From NCBI GenBank assembly GCA_951406725.2, contig OX597818.1:105710001-105774000 (forward strand): 64,000 bases of DNA, written 5' to 3'. The notes beneath the pieces were generated by a model, which was not told where the DNA came from, ran no database searches, and saw only the letters and a program-made list of their open reading frames with translations. The position numbers and the translations under genes were made by a program. The stretch's first letter is position 1, and every line of letters starts with the position of its first letter. Positions 1-12,709 of the stretch are shown here, in pieces. The DNA comes from Octopus vulgaris. Lineage: Eukaryota.

Positions 1-171
1 GTTGAAGTAAATACCACAAAACATTCTATCTAACACTACTGACTCTGTCAATGTATCTCCTATTATCATGAATAAACTCTCATACAAGTAAGATACTGAG
101 GGTTTATTTAAAAAAAAAACAATTATTGGCTCTGTACTTTAATTCAAAGATATCATTATTTTCAATTTCAG

Positions 172-364
172 AAAACTGACATTGCAGAACATGCATTATC
201 AGTGTTGGCCACAAGCCAAGTGAAGCATGTTCACTTAGTCGGTCGTCGTGGTCCTTTACATGTGGCCTTTACTATTAAAGAACTGCGAGAAATGATTCAT
301 TTACCAGAAGCCCGCCCTGTGATGGAAAAAGACGACTTCATATCATTAGATAGTTTCTTGGAAG
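172..364 (+). CDS. FDXR: NADPH:adrenodoxin oxidoreductase (ferredoxin reductase), internal exon; upstream exons lie before the window
   Basis: Acceptor tttcag|AAA and donor G|gtttgt; translates [45 protein letters not shown]..., containing the family motif [19 protein letters not shown]; ends phase 1. Confidence 0.96.
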
Positions 365-645
365 GTTTGTTTGTTTTCTGTTTTTCTACTGGAACAAGAA
401 TTACAATTTATATAGTGAAGAATACTGAATTCTTGGCTCATTGTTCCAATATGTGGGTGTACTAGGTTGCTCTCATTGAGGTTTATTATATTTAGACCAG
501 ACAGTGCTATTTATAATACAATTCCACTTTTGTATAGTTTACTTGTATTCTCTATTTAAAAAGATGTTACAGAAATATAATATGAGAGAAGATTAACTTT
601 TCTCTCTCAAACAGGCATACATTTATGTAAATATATACATAAATA

Positions 646-767
646 GGCGCAGGTGTGACTTTTCAACCACATTGTTCTGGGTTCAGTCTCACTGCATGGT
701 ACCTTACTATAGTCTTGGGCTGACCAAAGCCTTGTGAGTGGATTTGGTAGATAGAAACTGAAAGAAG

Positions 768-808
<41 letters not shown>

Positions 809-1032
809 GGTATATATGTATGTATCTGTGTGTGTGTGTGGCACTGTCTGTGTTTGTCCCCCTCCACTGCTTGACAACTAGTGGTGGTGTGTTTATATCC
901 CCATCACTTAGTAGTTTGACAAAAGAAACTGATAAAAACTTCAAAAAATAAGTTCTAGGGTCGGTCTGCTCAACTAAAACCCTTGAAGGTGGTGCCCCAG
1001 CATGGCTGCAGTCAAATGACTGAAAAAAGTAA
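646..1032 (+). mobile_element. tRNA-derived SINE, family A (internal (TA)n/(TG)n tract)
   Basis: B-box-like GGTTCAGTC, conserved block gccttgtgagtggatttggtag..gaaactgaaagaagcc, tail cagtcaaatgactgaaa; many copies in the window. Confidence 0.85.
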
Positions 1033-1035
1033 GGG

Positions 1036-1089
<54 letters not shown>

Positions 1090-1090
<1 letters not shown>

Positions 1091-1492
1091 GCCATGCCAC
1101 ACTACATGGCAGTGAAACATGGGCTGTGACTGATGAGGACATGCGTAAGCTTGCAAGGAATGAAGCCAGTATGCTCTGATGGATGTGTAATGTCAGTGTG
1201 CATACTTGACACAGTTTAAGTACCTTGAGAGAAAAGTTGGACTTAAGAAGCATCAGATGTAGTTTGCAAGAGAGACGACTGCACTGGTATGGTCATGTGG
1301 TGAGAATGGACGAGGATAGCTGTGTGAAAAAGTACCACACCCTAGCAGTTGAGGGAACCTGTGGAAGAGGTAGATCCAGGAAGACCTGGGATGAGGTGGT
1401 GAAGCATGTCCTTCAAACATTAGACCTCACCAAGGCAATGACTAGTGACCGGGACCTTTGGATATATGCAGTGCATGAGAAGACCTGGCAAG
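1090..1492 (+). mobile_element. RTE-clade LINE, ORF2 C-terminal fragment
   Basis: RRLHWYGHVVRM...GRGRSRKTWDEVV...DRDLW is the RTE C-terminal signature. Confidence 0.85.
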
Positions 1493-2130
1493 CCTATTTT
1501 GGTTATGATATCATTTCTGGAATTCTTAGATTTTACTTTCATACAACATAACAATATTGTTTGTAAACATTCCCCCATAGTGCCCTAATAAAATTTCCTC
1601 TGTATTAACTTAGGTTTCTTAGTGTCTTGCCCCTTTAACAGGTAATTAACATCATGATTTAAAGCCTACTCAGCCTCTTTTTATAGACAGTTACTTACAA
1701 CTGACTACTCTTAATGTCTTATTTCCTCCCTGGAGAAAAAGGGATACATATTATATTTATGACCATACCTAGCCTTGAGCTGTCAACTCACTCTTGTCCT
1801 TTATTTAAAATAGACACAGTCTTCTAGTCTCAGATTTAGTAGTTGATAAAGAGATAAATGAATTAGAAATGAATTACAACCCTATGATCCATGCGATTCT
1901 TAGAAGTTGTAGTCTATTCCTAGCTACAATAGTGAAAACATGAATTTCTTACTCTGTTAAAATATTTAAGAAAAGTCATATTAATGTGTCCTACTTGTTA
2001 AAATTCCATTTATTTATTTGTGCAACTGAAGATAGCACTGCATGTAAATTGATGTAATGATTGTTCAGTTAAATGGAACCGTTTAAACCAGTCGTACTGC
2101 ATTACTACTTGATATCCTGTTGCTTCTTTT
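1493..2130 (+). mobile_element. Putative Penelope-like pseudo-LTR remnant with degenerate hammerhead
   Basis: Colinear paralog of 37947-38600; ends at (TA)n; contains hammerhead-like motif at 2021-2101. Confidence 0.65.
2021..2101 (+). ncRNA. Degenerate type I hammerhead ribozyme (core GAAA replaced by TAAA)
   Basis: tgcaa-CTGAAGA-...-TAAAC-cagtc-GTA-ctgca; aligns with the intact-core copy at 38514-38569. Confidence 0.6.
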
Positions 2131-3137
2131 GATATATATATATGACGTGTATGTGTATATAAGGTGAACTGGCAGAGCTGTTAGAGAAGAGTGTTGGGTA
2201 AAATGTGTTGTGGTATTTCTTCACTCTGAGTTCAAACCCTTCTGAAGTCAGCTTTTCTCCCCATCATTCTTAAGGAGCTGAAAAACTAAGTACTGGTATG
2301 AATTCTTCTTCTCTCGCTCTTTCTGTCTCTTAAAATTGGCAACATTCCAATGTGAGAAGAGACATGATGTAACCACTCATAGTGTCCCTGTATTAGATTT
2401 TTTATTTTTTTTTTTTGTCCTTTGTTTTGTTTGGAACAAGCATTATCAGCACCTTTATCATGATTGTCCTTTCAGAGTCAATGAAATAAGTATCAGTTGA
2501 ACACTGGGTTTGGTGTAATCGACTTGCCTCTCCCCCGAAATTGCTGACCTTGTGCCAAAATTCGAAATCAATATTTAGTTTGTATTTTAATATTCATAAT
2601 TTTAGTTAATCTCCTTGGATTATAGAAAAAAAACAGCTGTTTTTTTTAAATAAATTATTAGCTTTTTGTATTTTTAGTTTATTTCAGTTGACTCATGATA
2701 GCTAGCTGAATGAAGTTTTAGACTCATATGTGGTTATTTTTTATGTTGAGAACATTGTAAGTAATCAATCTCACATGAAGGCAGCAATTGACAGAATTAA
2801 CATGATGGACAAAATACTTAGCAGCATTTCATCCAACTTTACTATCTGAGTTTAAATGCTGCCAAGGTCAACTTTGCCTTTCATCCTTTTGGTGTCAGTG
2901 AAATAAATATCAGTTGTTCACTGGGGCTGATGAAATCGACTTACTTGTTCCCCCCAAAACCAGGCTCTGTGCCTATAATAGAAAGGATTTATTACACACA
3001 TGATCAACATCTTTATAAGTGAATTATCAGTTAATCTAATTTCTTAACAGCTCTCCATGTTTTTTATTACATGGCTTCATAACCACATGGTTTGGGGTTT
3101 GATCTCATTGCATAGACATCTTGAAAACTGTTTTCTA

Positions 3138-3989
3138 TTATTATGGGTCAGAGGGTGACAAGATAAGCTACCTGCATCAACTTGCTATAAAAGCAGGTAG
3201 TAATTTTATCTTGTCTTTATTCTTAGTGCAAGTTTTGAAGAGCGCAGTTTGATTTTAACAGTTTGTTTTTTTTCAAAGCTATAATGGAAGTGAAAAAGGA
3301 GCATGTTTAGCATATTTTGCTTTATGAGTTCAATAAAAGCAACAGCACAATGGAAAGAGCAGGGAATATTAATGCAGTATATGGTGGATCGGACAATAAG
3401 CGTAAGCCAGTGTGAAAACGAGCCTCATCCTGGAAGATCTGTAGAGCTCAATGAGGACGTCCTGTAAATCCTGGTGGAACAAAATCCCATTGTAACTGTT
3501 GAGGAACTAGCAGAGAAACTTGGATTTGGTCATTCAACCTGTCGTTCAAGTCAGCACTAGAGGAAAAACGGCTATCTTTGGTTTCAAGATGAAAGGTGTT
3601 CTTCCATCAGGATAATGCTTGGCCACATATAGCGAGTATGACATTCCAAAGGCTGGAGCAGTTTGAATGAGAAATGATGCCCACCCAGCATATTCACCAG
3701 ACATTGCTCCATCTAATTATCATTTATTCCATAGTCTTCAAAATCATTTGGATGGAAAAAATATGAATTCTGTAGACAAGGTCAGAACAGCACTGGAGGA
3801 GTATTTTTCGTCATGGACAAGTCAATATTGGAAGAGGGGCCTTGCAAGTCTACCAGATAGATGGAAGAGCATTGTAGAAAATGAAGGAGAGTATATTTTA
3901 GATTAAAAAATAACTTAGTTTATCTTAATTTTGAAAAATAAAAGAAATATATTAAAAAAATACTGCATTATTTATGGGATGACCCAATA
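3138..3989 (+). mobile_element. Mariner transposon, internally deleted and decayed
   Basis: HQDNAWPH and HPAYSPDIAPSNYHLF motifs; terminal tgggtca/tgaccca inverted match; stops and deletions. Confidence 0.88.
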
Positions 3990-4416
3990 ATTGATAGATT
4001 GTGAAATTTGCTCAACAGAAACTGAATGGAAGCCCATTGAATGCATTTTGCAAATTTGCTCATTTTTTTTCAAAATAAAGAAAAATATCTTGGGTTTTAG
4101 TTTCATCTGTGTGAAAAATAAAGTAATAGAAGTAAAAAAAGACATATAGTGTGTAAGAAAAGGGTATTGGAAAGATTATACTCAAAAGTTTTATATCTAT
4201 TTTTATGTTATCATAAGTAGAATTATTGTCATTCACATTTTTGGACATTTCTAAATCTTCAGAGCGATTGTTTAAGAGCAGAATTTTTTTTTAATTCAAT
4301 AGAATGAAGATATTTAACTTGTCCAGATGTTGACAAGTTACAAAAGAAAATGTATAATCGTATTTAAAATATGACTTTTCCCCCTCTGATAGATATAGCT
4401 TCTCTGCTCGTTTCAG

Positions 4417-4610
4417 CTCTACCTCGCCCTCGTCGTCGTCTCACTGAACTGCTTTATAAGACAGCTATTACACCAAGTGAGAAAGACTTGAAAATGTGGA
4501 AAGATGCAAGTCGCAAATGGTTTTTACACTTTCAGAGAAGTCCAAGGGAGATAATCAGTGATGCGTCATCAAAAGTAACTGCTGTAAGATTAACAGTCAA
4601 CCAACTAGAG
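4417..4610 (+). CDS. FDXR: FDXR exon
   Basis: tttcag|CT...GAG|gtagga; (A)LPRPRRRLTELLYKTA...FQRSPREII...VRLTVNQLE; phase 1 in, phase 0 out, consistent with neighbours. Confidence 0.95.
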
Positions 4611-4773
4611 GTAGGAATCTCAAATGTTAAAATTAGAGAAAAAAAGTCGCTGAAACACTATAGCTTCAACTATACGTACACAGTTCCCCCATCAAGGTTT
4701 ATTTGTCTTTCAGCCCATTGAATTCGATCAAATAGACAGCATGAGTCAACCTAATTAAGTACATATATAACAA

Positions 4774-5180
4774 GCCATAAAAAAATGGGTACTTTTTGGT
4801 TATCTCACCTCCATTAAAAAATTGGGTTATCTCCCCCAACTAAAAAAATTGTTTAACTATCAATTTAACGGGAAAAAATGAAAAATTAATAAACATGAAA
4901 ATAATATTTTTATAAACAAATCATTCAAAACTGAAAAAATAAATAAACAGGAAAACCGAAAAAATTAAGCATCTTATTGAATCTAATAGCATTTTTATAA
5001 CAAATCATGCCATGCCTATTGAGGAGGCCAAAAGTCAACAATGTGTTGAAGTATTGAATCAAAAGGATCTAACCCTTTTAATCCAATCTTTTGTTGCCAC
5101 ATAAACTCAACATTTTAGTGGAGAGATTGGCAATTTTTTAATGGGGTTGAGATAACCAAAAAGTACCAAAAATTGTGGCC
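4774..5180. mobile_element. MITE-like element with ~37-bp inverted arms
   Basis: ggtactttttggttatctcacctccattaaaaaattg (~4788-4824) versus caattttttaatggggttgagataaccaaaaagtacc (~5131-5167). Confidence 0.75.
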
Positions 5181-5182
5181 AT

Positions 5183-5930
5183 ATGGCGGATTTCCAAGAT
5201 ATACCCCCATTCCACCCCAGATCATCACAGATCCTCCTCTATGTTTAACAGTTGGAAGAATGCAGTCGGGGTCAAATGCTTCTTTTGGCCGTATATTCAG
5301 CCAGTGGTCGGAAATAAGGTAAAGGATGACTCATCTGAAAAACTAACATTCTTCCACTGCTCTAGGGACCAATTCTGTAGGTTTTTACTCCACTCTAAAT
5401 GCTTTGCAACATTTGTTTTTGAAAGCAGTGGTTTTCTGATTGCAGCCCACCCATGAAATCTGGCTTTGTGCAGCACCCAGTGAACAGTTTTTGTGGAAAC
5501 GGGATTCTCGAGGTGGTCATTAAGCTCTGCAGTAATTTTGGTAGTTGTATTTTTGTGATCCTTTCTAACAATTTGCATAAGAGTCCAACGGTCCTTATCT
5601 GAAAGTTTTGATTTTCTTCTGGTCATTACTTTCGAGACAGTACTTCTTGATACACCAAACATTTCGGTTGGTTTCATTATGCTAGCACCTGCCATACGAG
5701 CACCAACAATTTGACCTCTTTGAAAGTCCGATAGATCTGTCATTTTAATGAATTTTAATTACGTTTTTCTGATGATATCTGAAAAGAAACAGCAATTTTA
5801 ACAAAACATATTAAGCAACACTAATAATGAATGAAAAAACATAAAAATAAACAAGCTTTTGATGGGTTTATAGATATTTCAAAATTATGATACTGTGATA
5901 CTAGGTGTTTCCATTATTTTGTCCAACCCT

Positions 5931-5932
<2 letters not shown>
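5183..5932 (-). mobile_element. Tc1-family transposon, 5' portion
   Basis: MTDLSDFQRGQIVG helix-turn-helix start, RKPLL and FSDESSF (first catalytic D); TIR-like end caagggttggacaaaataatgg. Confidence 0.88.
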
Positions 5933-5967
<35 letters not shown>

Positions 5968-6294
5968 TGCACCATCACCTTCCATGATGACTGATTTTTG
6001 TATTCCATCATAATCTTCAATAAACTGCTTATGTTAAATATTAGAATGGTTTCTAAATCTTAAAATAATAGAATAGAGTTTAAGTGTATTTAGCAATTTA
6101 GTAGTTAATAACGCATTTGATACAAAAATATTAAAAAGATCTGGAAATTTGAAAAATTGAATTTTGTAAATATTGGTTCAAAGAAAAAAACCTCTAAATA
6201 GATATAGGAATATATTAATATACACATAAATTTTTCTGTATTGAATTTTGATATTATTATTGATAAGTATTGCTTACCATTTCTATTCTCATAG

Positions 6295-6360
6295 GGTGAA
6301 GACCCATTAAACCAGAAAGCAGTTCCTACTAATGAAACAGTCGACTTACCATGTGGATTG
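6295..6360 (+). CDS. FDXR: FDXR exon (66 nt, not in ORF track)
   Basis: ctcatag|GGT...TTG|gtatgt; GEDPLNQKAVPTNETVDLPCGL corresponds to the family AVPTxxxxDLPCGL segment. Confidence 0.93.
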
Positions 6361-7120
6361 GTATGTATTTTACTATTTTTCTATTATCATTGTCATCATC
6401 ATTTAGTTTATCTTTTCCATGTTGGCATGGGTTGAGCAGTTTGTCTAGGGACCTCATTGTTGGTCAGTAAGGCCAAGGGCATCACCATGCTCCTTTGTCT
6501 GTTCTGGCATCTACAGGTTGATGCTTCCTAATGCCAACCACTGCACAGACTGTACTGGGTTCTTTTTATGTGGCACCATCACCCATGCTTTCTATGAGGC
6601 AGTAGTAGTGAAATCAATTCTGCTGTGGCAGACGGGTCTCCTTGACTACAGCAATGCACCAGATATTTAGGTCCTTTGCGATGGAGTGGGTAACATGTTT
6701 TAAGTTTATAGTGAAGTGTTACTAGTGGGACTCTTTGAAAGAGTTCATGATTTATTAGATATGAAAACGGTGAGGCTCACAGATGAGAGAAAGTGTGCTT
6801 GAAATAAATGAAATCATACTGTATTGTGGACACAAACAACATATGTCATCATAAAAAAGTAAATATTAAACAAGAACAACAGCGGTGGCAGCAGTAGTGG
6901 GGCGGGGGCATTGATGCTGATGTCTATCCCAAAATCAGTTAAAGGGAACTAATCATTATAAGGTAATTAGTTTAACTGTTCTAATTATTATAAAGTAATT
7001 TAGTCTCACAGAACAAGTGCATACAAAGCTGATAAATAGAGCCAGGTTAGTAGTGAAATATAGACCCTATATGAATGTGTTTTAATAATGAGTGCAAAAT
7101 ATATATTATTTATATATGGT

Positions 7121-7170
<50 letters not shown>

Positions 7171-7584
7171 TGTAGAGTACCTTATATACTTAGAATAAAT
7201 GATTTATAAACAAAGGTAATTTCAAAATCATAGGCTCATGCCAACTGGCCCACACAGTATTCTGTTCTGGCTTGATCATGATGTATATAGTTTAACTGAA
7301 TGAATTATGACTATAAAGTAGTTTATAATGATTCACATTAGGAAGGGCATTGAACTATAGAAGCAACTGTTCCAACATATAAACCACTCATGAAAAAAAC
7401 GTATGCACAACAGTACCAGAAAATCCTCCTAAAGCTTCTCAAGTTGGGTCTTGTTCATTACTGATGGTTGTGTTACCTGGTAATTTTGTTGTTTCAAACA
7501 TTTTTTGTTATCTGTTTTCTGAGATATTCATAAATGTTATCACCTATCAATGCTTTTTTCTCTTTTTCTTTGTATATTTGACAG

Positions 7585-7693
7585 GTACTCAGCAGCATTG
7601 GTTACCAGAGTATTCCAATAGATTCACATTTACCATTTGATGCAGTTAAAGGAATAATGCCAAATGACAAGGGCAGAGTCACTGGTGCTGATG
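7585..7693 (+). CDS. FDXR: FDXR exon (not in ORF track)
   Basis: gacag|GTA...GATG|gtatgt; VLSSIGYQSIPIDSHLPFDAVKGIMPNDKGRVTGAD contains the conserved SIGY and PN.xGRV motifs. Confidence 0.95.
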
Positions 7694-7768
7694 GTATGTC
7701 ATACTTGCTGCTGTAACAGCTACCACCATCACCTCCTCCTCTTTCTTCTTCATTGTTGTTGTTGTTAT

Positions 7769-7951
7769 TGAGTGAGAGAGAAATGCATGCCATCAAATAT
7801 ATGAAGTCCAATACACCCATCATAACTACCTGTCTGATAAGAGTACACCAAGCATGTGCATCACGACCATACATGCGCAACATGGTGACCTTGTATCAAG
7901 ATAAGCAGAGCTTGACCTTGCAGATGGGGCCCAGTTAGAATTTTCTTCGAG
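7769..7951 (-). mobile_element. Partial copy of the ~550-bp TAA-flanked element (resumes at ~8867-8934 and ~11557-11570)
   Basis: Colinear with 43707-44257; preceded by (TTG/TTA)n; interrupted by RTE and gypsy insertions. Confidence 0.75.
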
Positions 7952-8868
7952 GCATGTTGATGTATGCTATGTACGTATGCTACGTACAAGAAGTAAAGTG
8001 GAGAGGAGCTTTGGCCAGTGTCCTCACAAGCAAAGCACATAGGTATAAACTCTTCTGGGTAGGCAACAGTGATGGAGTTGGGAGCATGGGCATATTTCTT
8101 GGGAAGAAATGGGTGCATAAGGTCATAGAGGTAGTCAGGGTATGTTTAAACTCAGGCTAGTCTTGCAGAATGGTATAGTTACAATTATCTCTGCCTACGC
8201 TTCACAAATGGGCTTGCCAAATGAACAGAAGTATCACTTTTATGATATTCTTCTGCAGGCTACCTCAAAGACGAGTGACAATGATCTCATTTTTGTGGCT
8301 GGAGATTTTAATGGGCATGTTGGACAGCAACCAGGTATCTTCCATGATGTACATGGGGCCATGGAATTGGTTCCCAAAACAAAGAGGGAACTAGGCTCCT
8401 GGAGTTCTTTGATACAAATAACCTATTAATCTGCAACACCAACTTCAGGAAGCCAGCCAGCCACCTGATGACCTATCAATCAGGTGACTCTGCTAGCACC
8501 ATTCGAGTGTGGGTCGATTCCAGTGCCATTGGACTGGCTCCCTGTGCCAGTGGCACATAAAAACTACCATACAAATGTAGTCAATGCCAGTGCCCCCTGA
8601 CTGGCTCCCCTGGTGACACGTAAAAAGCACCATCTGAACATGGTCAATGCCAGTAACCCCTAACTGGCTCCTGTGCAGGTGGTACATAAAAGGCACCCAA
8701 TACACTCTCGGAGTGGTTGGTATTAGGAAGAGCTTCCAGCTGTAGAAACATCGCCAAATTAGATTTGCACCTGGTGCAGCCCATTGGGTTGCCAGACCTC
8801 AGTCAAACCATCCAACTCATGCTAGCATGGAAAGCAGACATTAAACGATGATGATGATGATGATGATG
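7952..8868 (+). mobile_element. RTE LINE derivative: APE endonuclease fragment fused to 3' UTR and (GAT)n tail
   Basis: VQEVKW, IISAYA, VAGDFNGHVG APE motifs; ~58-bp tandem units at 8493-8705; ends ttaaacgatgatgat. Confidence 0.85.
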
Positions 8869-8934
8869 AGTAGCCCTTCCTGCTCAAAATGTCTCTGAAT
8901 GAGGATGGATTTTTTAAGGATGATGAACAAAACC

Positions 8935-11556
8935 TGTTATAATGTGGTTCCTTGTCCACTTGTATGTTATTGCCAGCACTAATATTCTTGTCACCACTAT
9001 TATGTTGTGGCAGTATTCCGTGTCTTATTATCTTTGACTTGTCTATCGTGCTATCACTGATAGCTCCACAAGACAATGACCTTGAAATGTCTTCCTTGAT
9101 GGTAACTCGAACTCGTATATATCACATAACTGACACTGACTCCAACTGAGAACCCATACAACGACTCTACTACTCCTGACTTCCTACAACGACTGACTGT
9201 CTGACTTTATAGTGGTTGGCTTATACCTCTTTGTCACGTGGAAAGGGGAGTACCATTTTCACTACAACATCTCCTCATTTAGTTGGGGTTTTTTTCTTTG
9301 GAAAGCAAGTAATTTTATTTTACTTTATTCACCTTTCTTCCCTTTTTAAAATTTTTTGTATCCAACTTAATATTTTTTCTTTTTAGTATCTATTTGTAGA
9401 ACTCTAATTCTTCTTTTTTCTTCCACTTGCATTCGTGAATTCAGCCATTGGTTATTCTTATCCGTCTGGTTCATTTTCTATGAATCTCTTCTTCAATTGG
9501 TTTCTGACTTTTTTCCATACCTTTTCTGTTTTAATTCCATATATCATTTTTCTTATGTACTTTGTAATTTTGCCTTCTTCCCAATACTATTTTCCATTTT
9601 TATACAACCTTGTGTACACCTTCTCACAAGTTTTGAAAAATTTTGGATTGTCTTTCCTGGTACTTTTTCTTTCCTTGCCAGGTAACAGTTTATCAAAAGC
9701 TGATTTCACCTTCCTCACACACATCAGTTCTGCTGGTGAGTTTCCTGATGTTGTATTGAGGTTCAGTGTCACCCTGTATACCCTTAGGAATTGCTACAGA
9801 GCAACTTCATCTGTGACTTCCTTGTTTACTTTTCTCGAAGCTCTTTTAAAAATGTCCACAAAACACTCTGCCTGTCCATTTAATCTGGGATGGTTAGGTG
9901 CCATTGTTTTATGTTTTACCATAAACATTTTGCAGTATTTTCTAAATTCATTGGACACAAATTGTGTTTCATCATAAGATACAATCACATCTGGGATACT
10001 GAATCTTGCAAATAATTCATGCAAAGAATTTATTACCTTTTCAGAGGTTGGTCTTTTGCACTTAACTATTTCCAGCCATTTTGTAAAACTGTCAACTACT
10101 ACTAAGTAGTAATAACCATTTAATGGACCTGAAAAATCAATATGTAGTCTTCACCAAAGAATTTTTACTTCTGGCCAAGCCTCCCACTTTTGAGTAGGCA
10201 ATTTTGCTGCCAGCACACATCCCCTTGCAGCCTTTCACTATTTTTTCAACTTCTTTGTCCATCTTTGGCCAATACACATAACTGCACATAAACGCTGTCA
10301 TCCTTGTGATCCCCAAATGTCCTATATGGAATTCTTTCAACATTATTTTTTGAAAAGTCTCAGCTATCGCCACTCTTTGGCCATACATCAGTATGCCATT
10401 GCTTGTTGAATATATGTTTACCTGTTGTTGTTTTTTTCTTACTGAACCTATTTTTGTTTTCTGTAGCTGACCACAGAATTTTTTTTGTTTCATTAATGAA
10501 CTTGTCTTTTGACACATGTCACTTTATCTTCTCCAGAGATATTAGTAACTCTCGTACAGTGTTCCACATTATGTGTTTAATTTCCCTTTCAGCTCTTAAG
10601 GCTGCTATTACTGTGTCCTTGAATAGTTCACCATACACAACACAAGGACTCCACTAAATGAGCTGTTAAAAAAGGATGTCAAATGGTTTTGGTCAGAAAA
10701 ATGCCTGAAAGCATTTGAAGAACTAAAAAGCATATTAACTTCAGAGTTGACACTTATTCACTTCGATCCGACATGTTGACGGCCTATCCAGGTTAATACC
10801 CAAAAATGGTGAACCATTCGAGGACACAGTAATAGCAGCCTTAAGAGCCAAAAGGGAAATTAAACACATAATGTGGAACACTGTATGAGAGTTACTAATA
10901 ACTCTCTGGTGAAAATATATTTTCTGGTTTTGTTACCAACTTCATTAGTTGTAGCATTTGTTGCTGTAACATTTGTTGTTCATCTTGTTCTTTGAGTTGT
11001 TGTTGTAGCTGTTTTTGCAACTCAACTAGACCTTCTAACAAGTTTTCCATAATTTAATGGATTTTTCATAAAATATGTACAGCAAAAACGTTTGTTACTG
11101 CTCTGTTGAGTTTTTAATTTCTCCACGTGAAAAATTTTTCGCTGTTGTATGCATAAATTGTTTATTTTCTCATGGAAAACATTTTTTTCAATATTGTCCA
11201 CATGAATTGTTTATATCCTCATAACCACTGTTGTAATGTGGATCCTCATCCACTTGTATGTTATTGTCAGCACTGTAATATTCTTGTCACCACTATTATG
11301 TTGTGGCACTGTTCTGTCTCTTATCTTTGACTCGTCTATTGTGCTGTTGTTGATAGCTCCACAAGACAATGACTTTGAAACATCTACTTTGATGGTAACT
11401 CATATATATCACGTAACTGACACTAACTCCAACTGAGAACCTATACAACAACTCTACTACTCCTGACTTCCTACAACGACTGACTGTTTGACTTTATAGT
11501 GGCTGGCTTATACCACTTTGTCATGTGCAAAGGGGAGTACCATTTTCGCTACAACA
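8935..11556 (-). mobile_element. Gypsy (Mag-like) LTR retrotransposon, internally deleted, in an FDXR intron
   Basis: Two ~330-bp TG...CA LTRs (8935-9269, 11229-11556); 5-bp TSD AAACC (8930-8934, 11557-11561); purine tract next to the left LTR; degenerate PBS tggttatgaggat resembling the tRNA-Ser(GCT) 3' end; integrase motifs GHLGITRM...YVYWP, IDFSGP, HPRLNGQAE. Confidence 0.93.
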
Positions 11557-11752
11557 AAACCCCAAAGAATAACTGATTGTAAATTCTACCACTTTTGAGG
11601 GAAAGATTATTCAATGCATTAGAGTAAAAATGGGAACGGTGTAGCATTTATATACAAGAAAAGATGAGAAAATATAAAAATATATTAGTAATTAAAAAAA
11701 AATGTGGGAGTTACATCATATTTTAGATTGTATTGTTCTGAAGTAAATACTG

Positions 11753-11970
11753 TATGAGGGGTGCTGAAAAGTTCTTGGCTGTAAGGGTATTGCTAAAGGC
11801 CTGGTTGGAGGCCAAACCTTCCAAGTTCTTTTACAGGGCTTAGTAAAATTGAAGGACTGCTGTAATAAGTGTTTGAATCTGAGAGGGGGATATGTTGAAT
11901 AAAATCATAATTAACTGATTCTCCTGTATTTTCTTTTACCCAAAGCCAGGAATTTTACAGCACTCCTTCA
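11753..11970. mobile_element. Mariner-derived MITE
   Basis: TIRs tgaggggtgctgaaaagttcttggct / agccaggaattttacagcactccttca, similar to the TIR of the mariner ending at 41586. Confidence 0.75.
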
Positions 11971-12541
11971 CAACTTAGTGAAGAATAACCACTCAGTGTA
12001 GTTAAGTAGAAAGAAACTGGTAAATTCTTGAGTTAGAACTTTAAAGCTGCATGATAGCAAGATGTGAGCCTTTGAATGCAGAAGACTTATGAAGACTAGA
12101 AAAAATTAAACCAGCATGCTCAGAGTACAAATGAGGAAAGAGAAAAACTAGGTGTTAGAGGAATCAGGTACAAGTATATGTGCATGTGGAGAAAGAGTGA
12201 TGCATATGGAAGTTCTGAACACTCCAGGTTAGTGGAACCTGCAGAATGAGAGCAATGAAGACTAGAGATGGAGCAGTGAAAGCTTGCATTAATCTGTTAG
12301 TACAAAGTTAAATTTGACATCTGACTGGATTTGATCTCTGAACTTAGAAGAACAATGCTAAATATTGTCATTTTATCATTTTTGCCACCCAACTGTCACT
12401 AAATCATTTATAAGCTGAAGTCACCAAGCCTGAAAATACAAAATTTTCTTTGACTACTTGTTACAGTCTACAATACTACAATGTGTGTACAAGTATATTA
12501 AAAGTAGTTTATTCACTATTTTTCTTTTCTTTTTTGTGCAG

Positions 12542-12709
12542 GTGTTTACTGTTCTGGTTGGTTGGGTCGTGGTCCAACTGGAGTCATTCTTAACACCATG
12601 AATGATGGATTCATAACTGCAAAAACACTTCTCAAAGATCTAAAAGCAAATGTATTAGACTTAAACAAACCAGGGAAAGAGGTTATTCTTCAGCACCTAA
12701 AAAATATTG
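12542..12709 (+). CDS. FDXR: FDXR exon (not in ORF track)
   Basis: Polypyrimidine tract then tgcag|GT...ATTG|gtaaga; GVYCSGWLGRGPTGVILNTMNDGF contains the FAD-binding SGWxxxGPTGVI motif. Confidence 0.96.

Noticed and set aside
365-465. ORF-track extension of the first FDXR exon (similarly 4371-4416 and 4611-4721)
   Set aside because: Read-through into intron beyond clear splice sites; homology stops at the junctions
12556-12582. GWLGRGPTG instead of vertebrate GWVKRGPTG in FDXR
   Set aside because: Variable positions of the motif; a Gly here is not evidence of altered function
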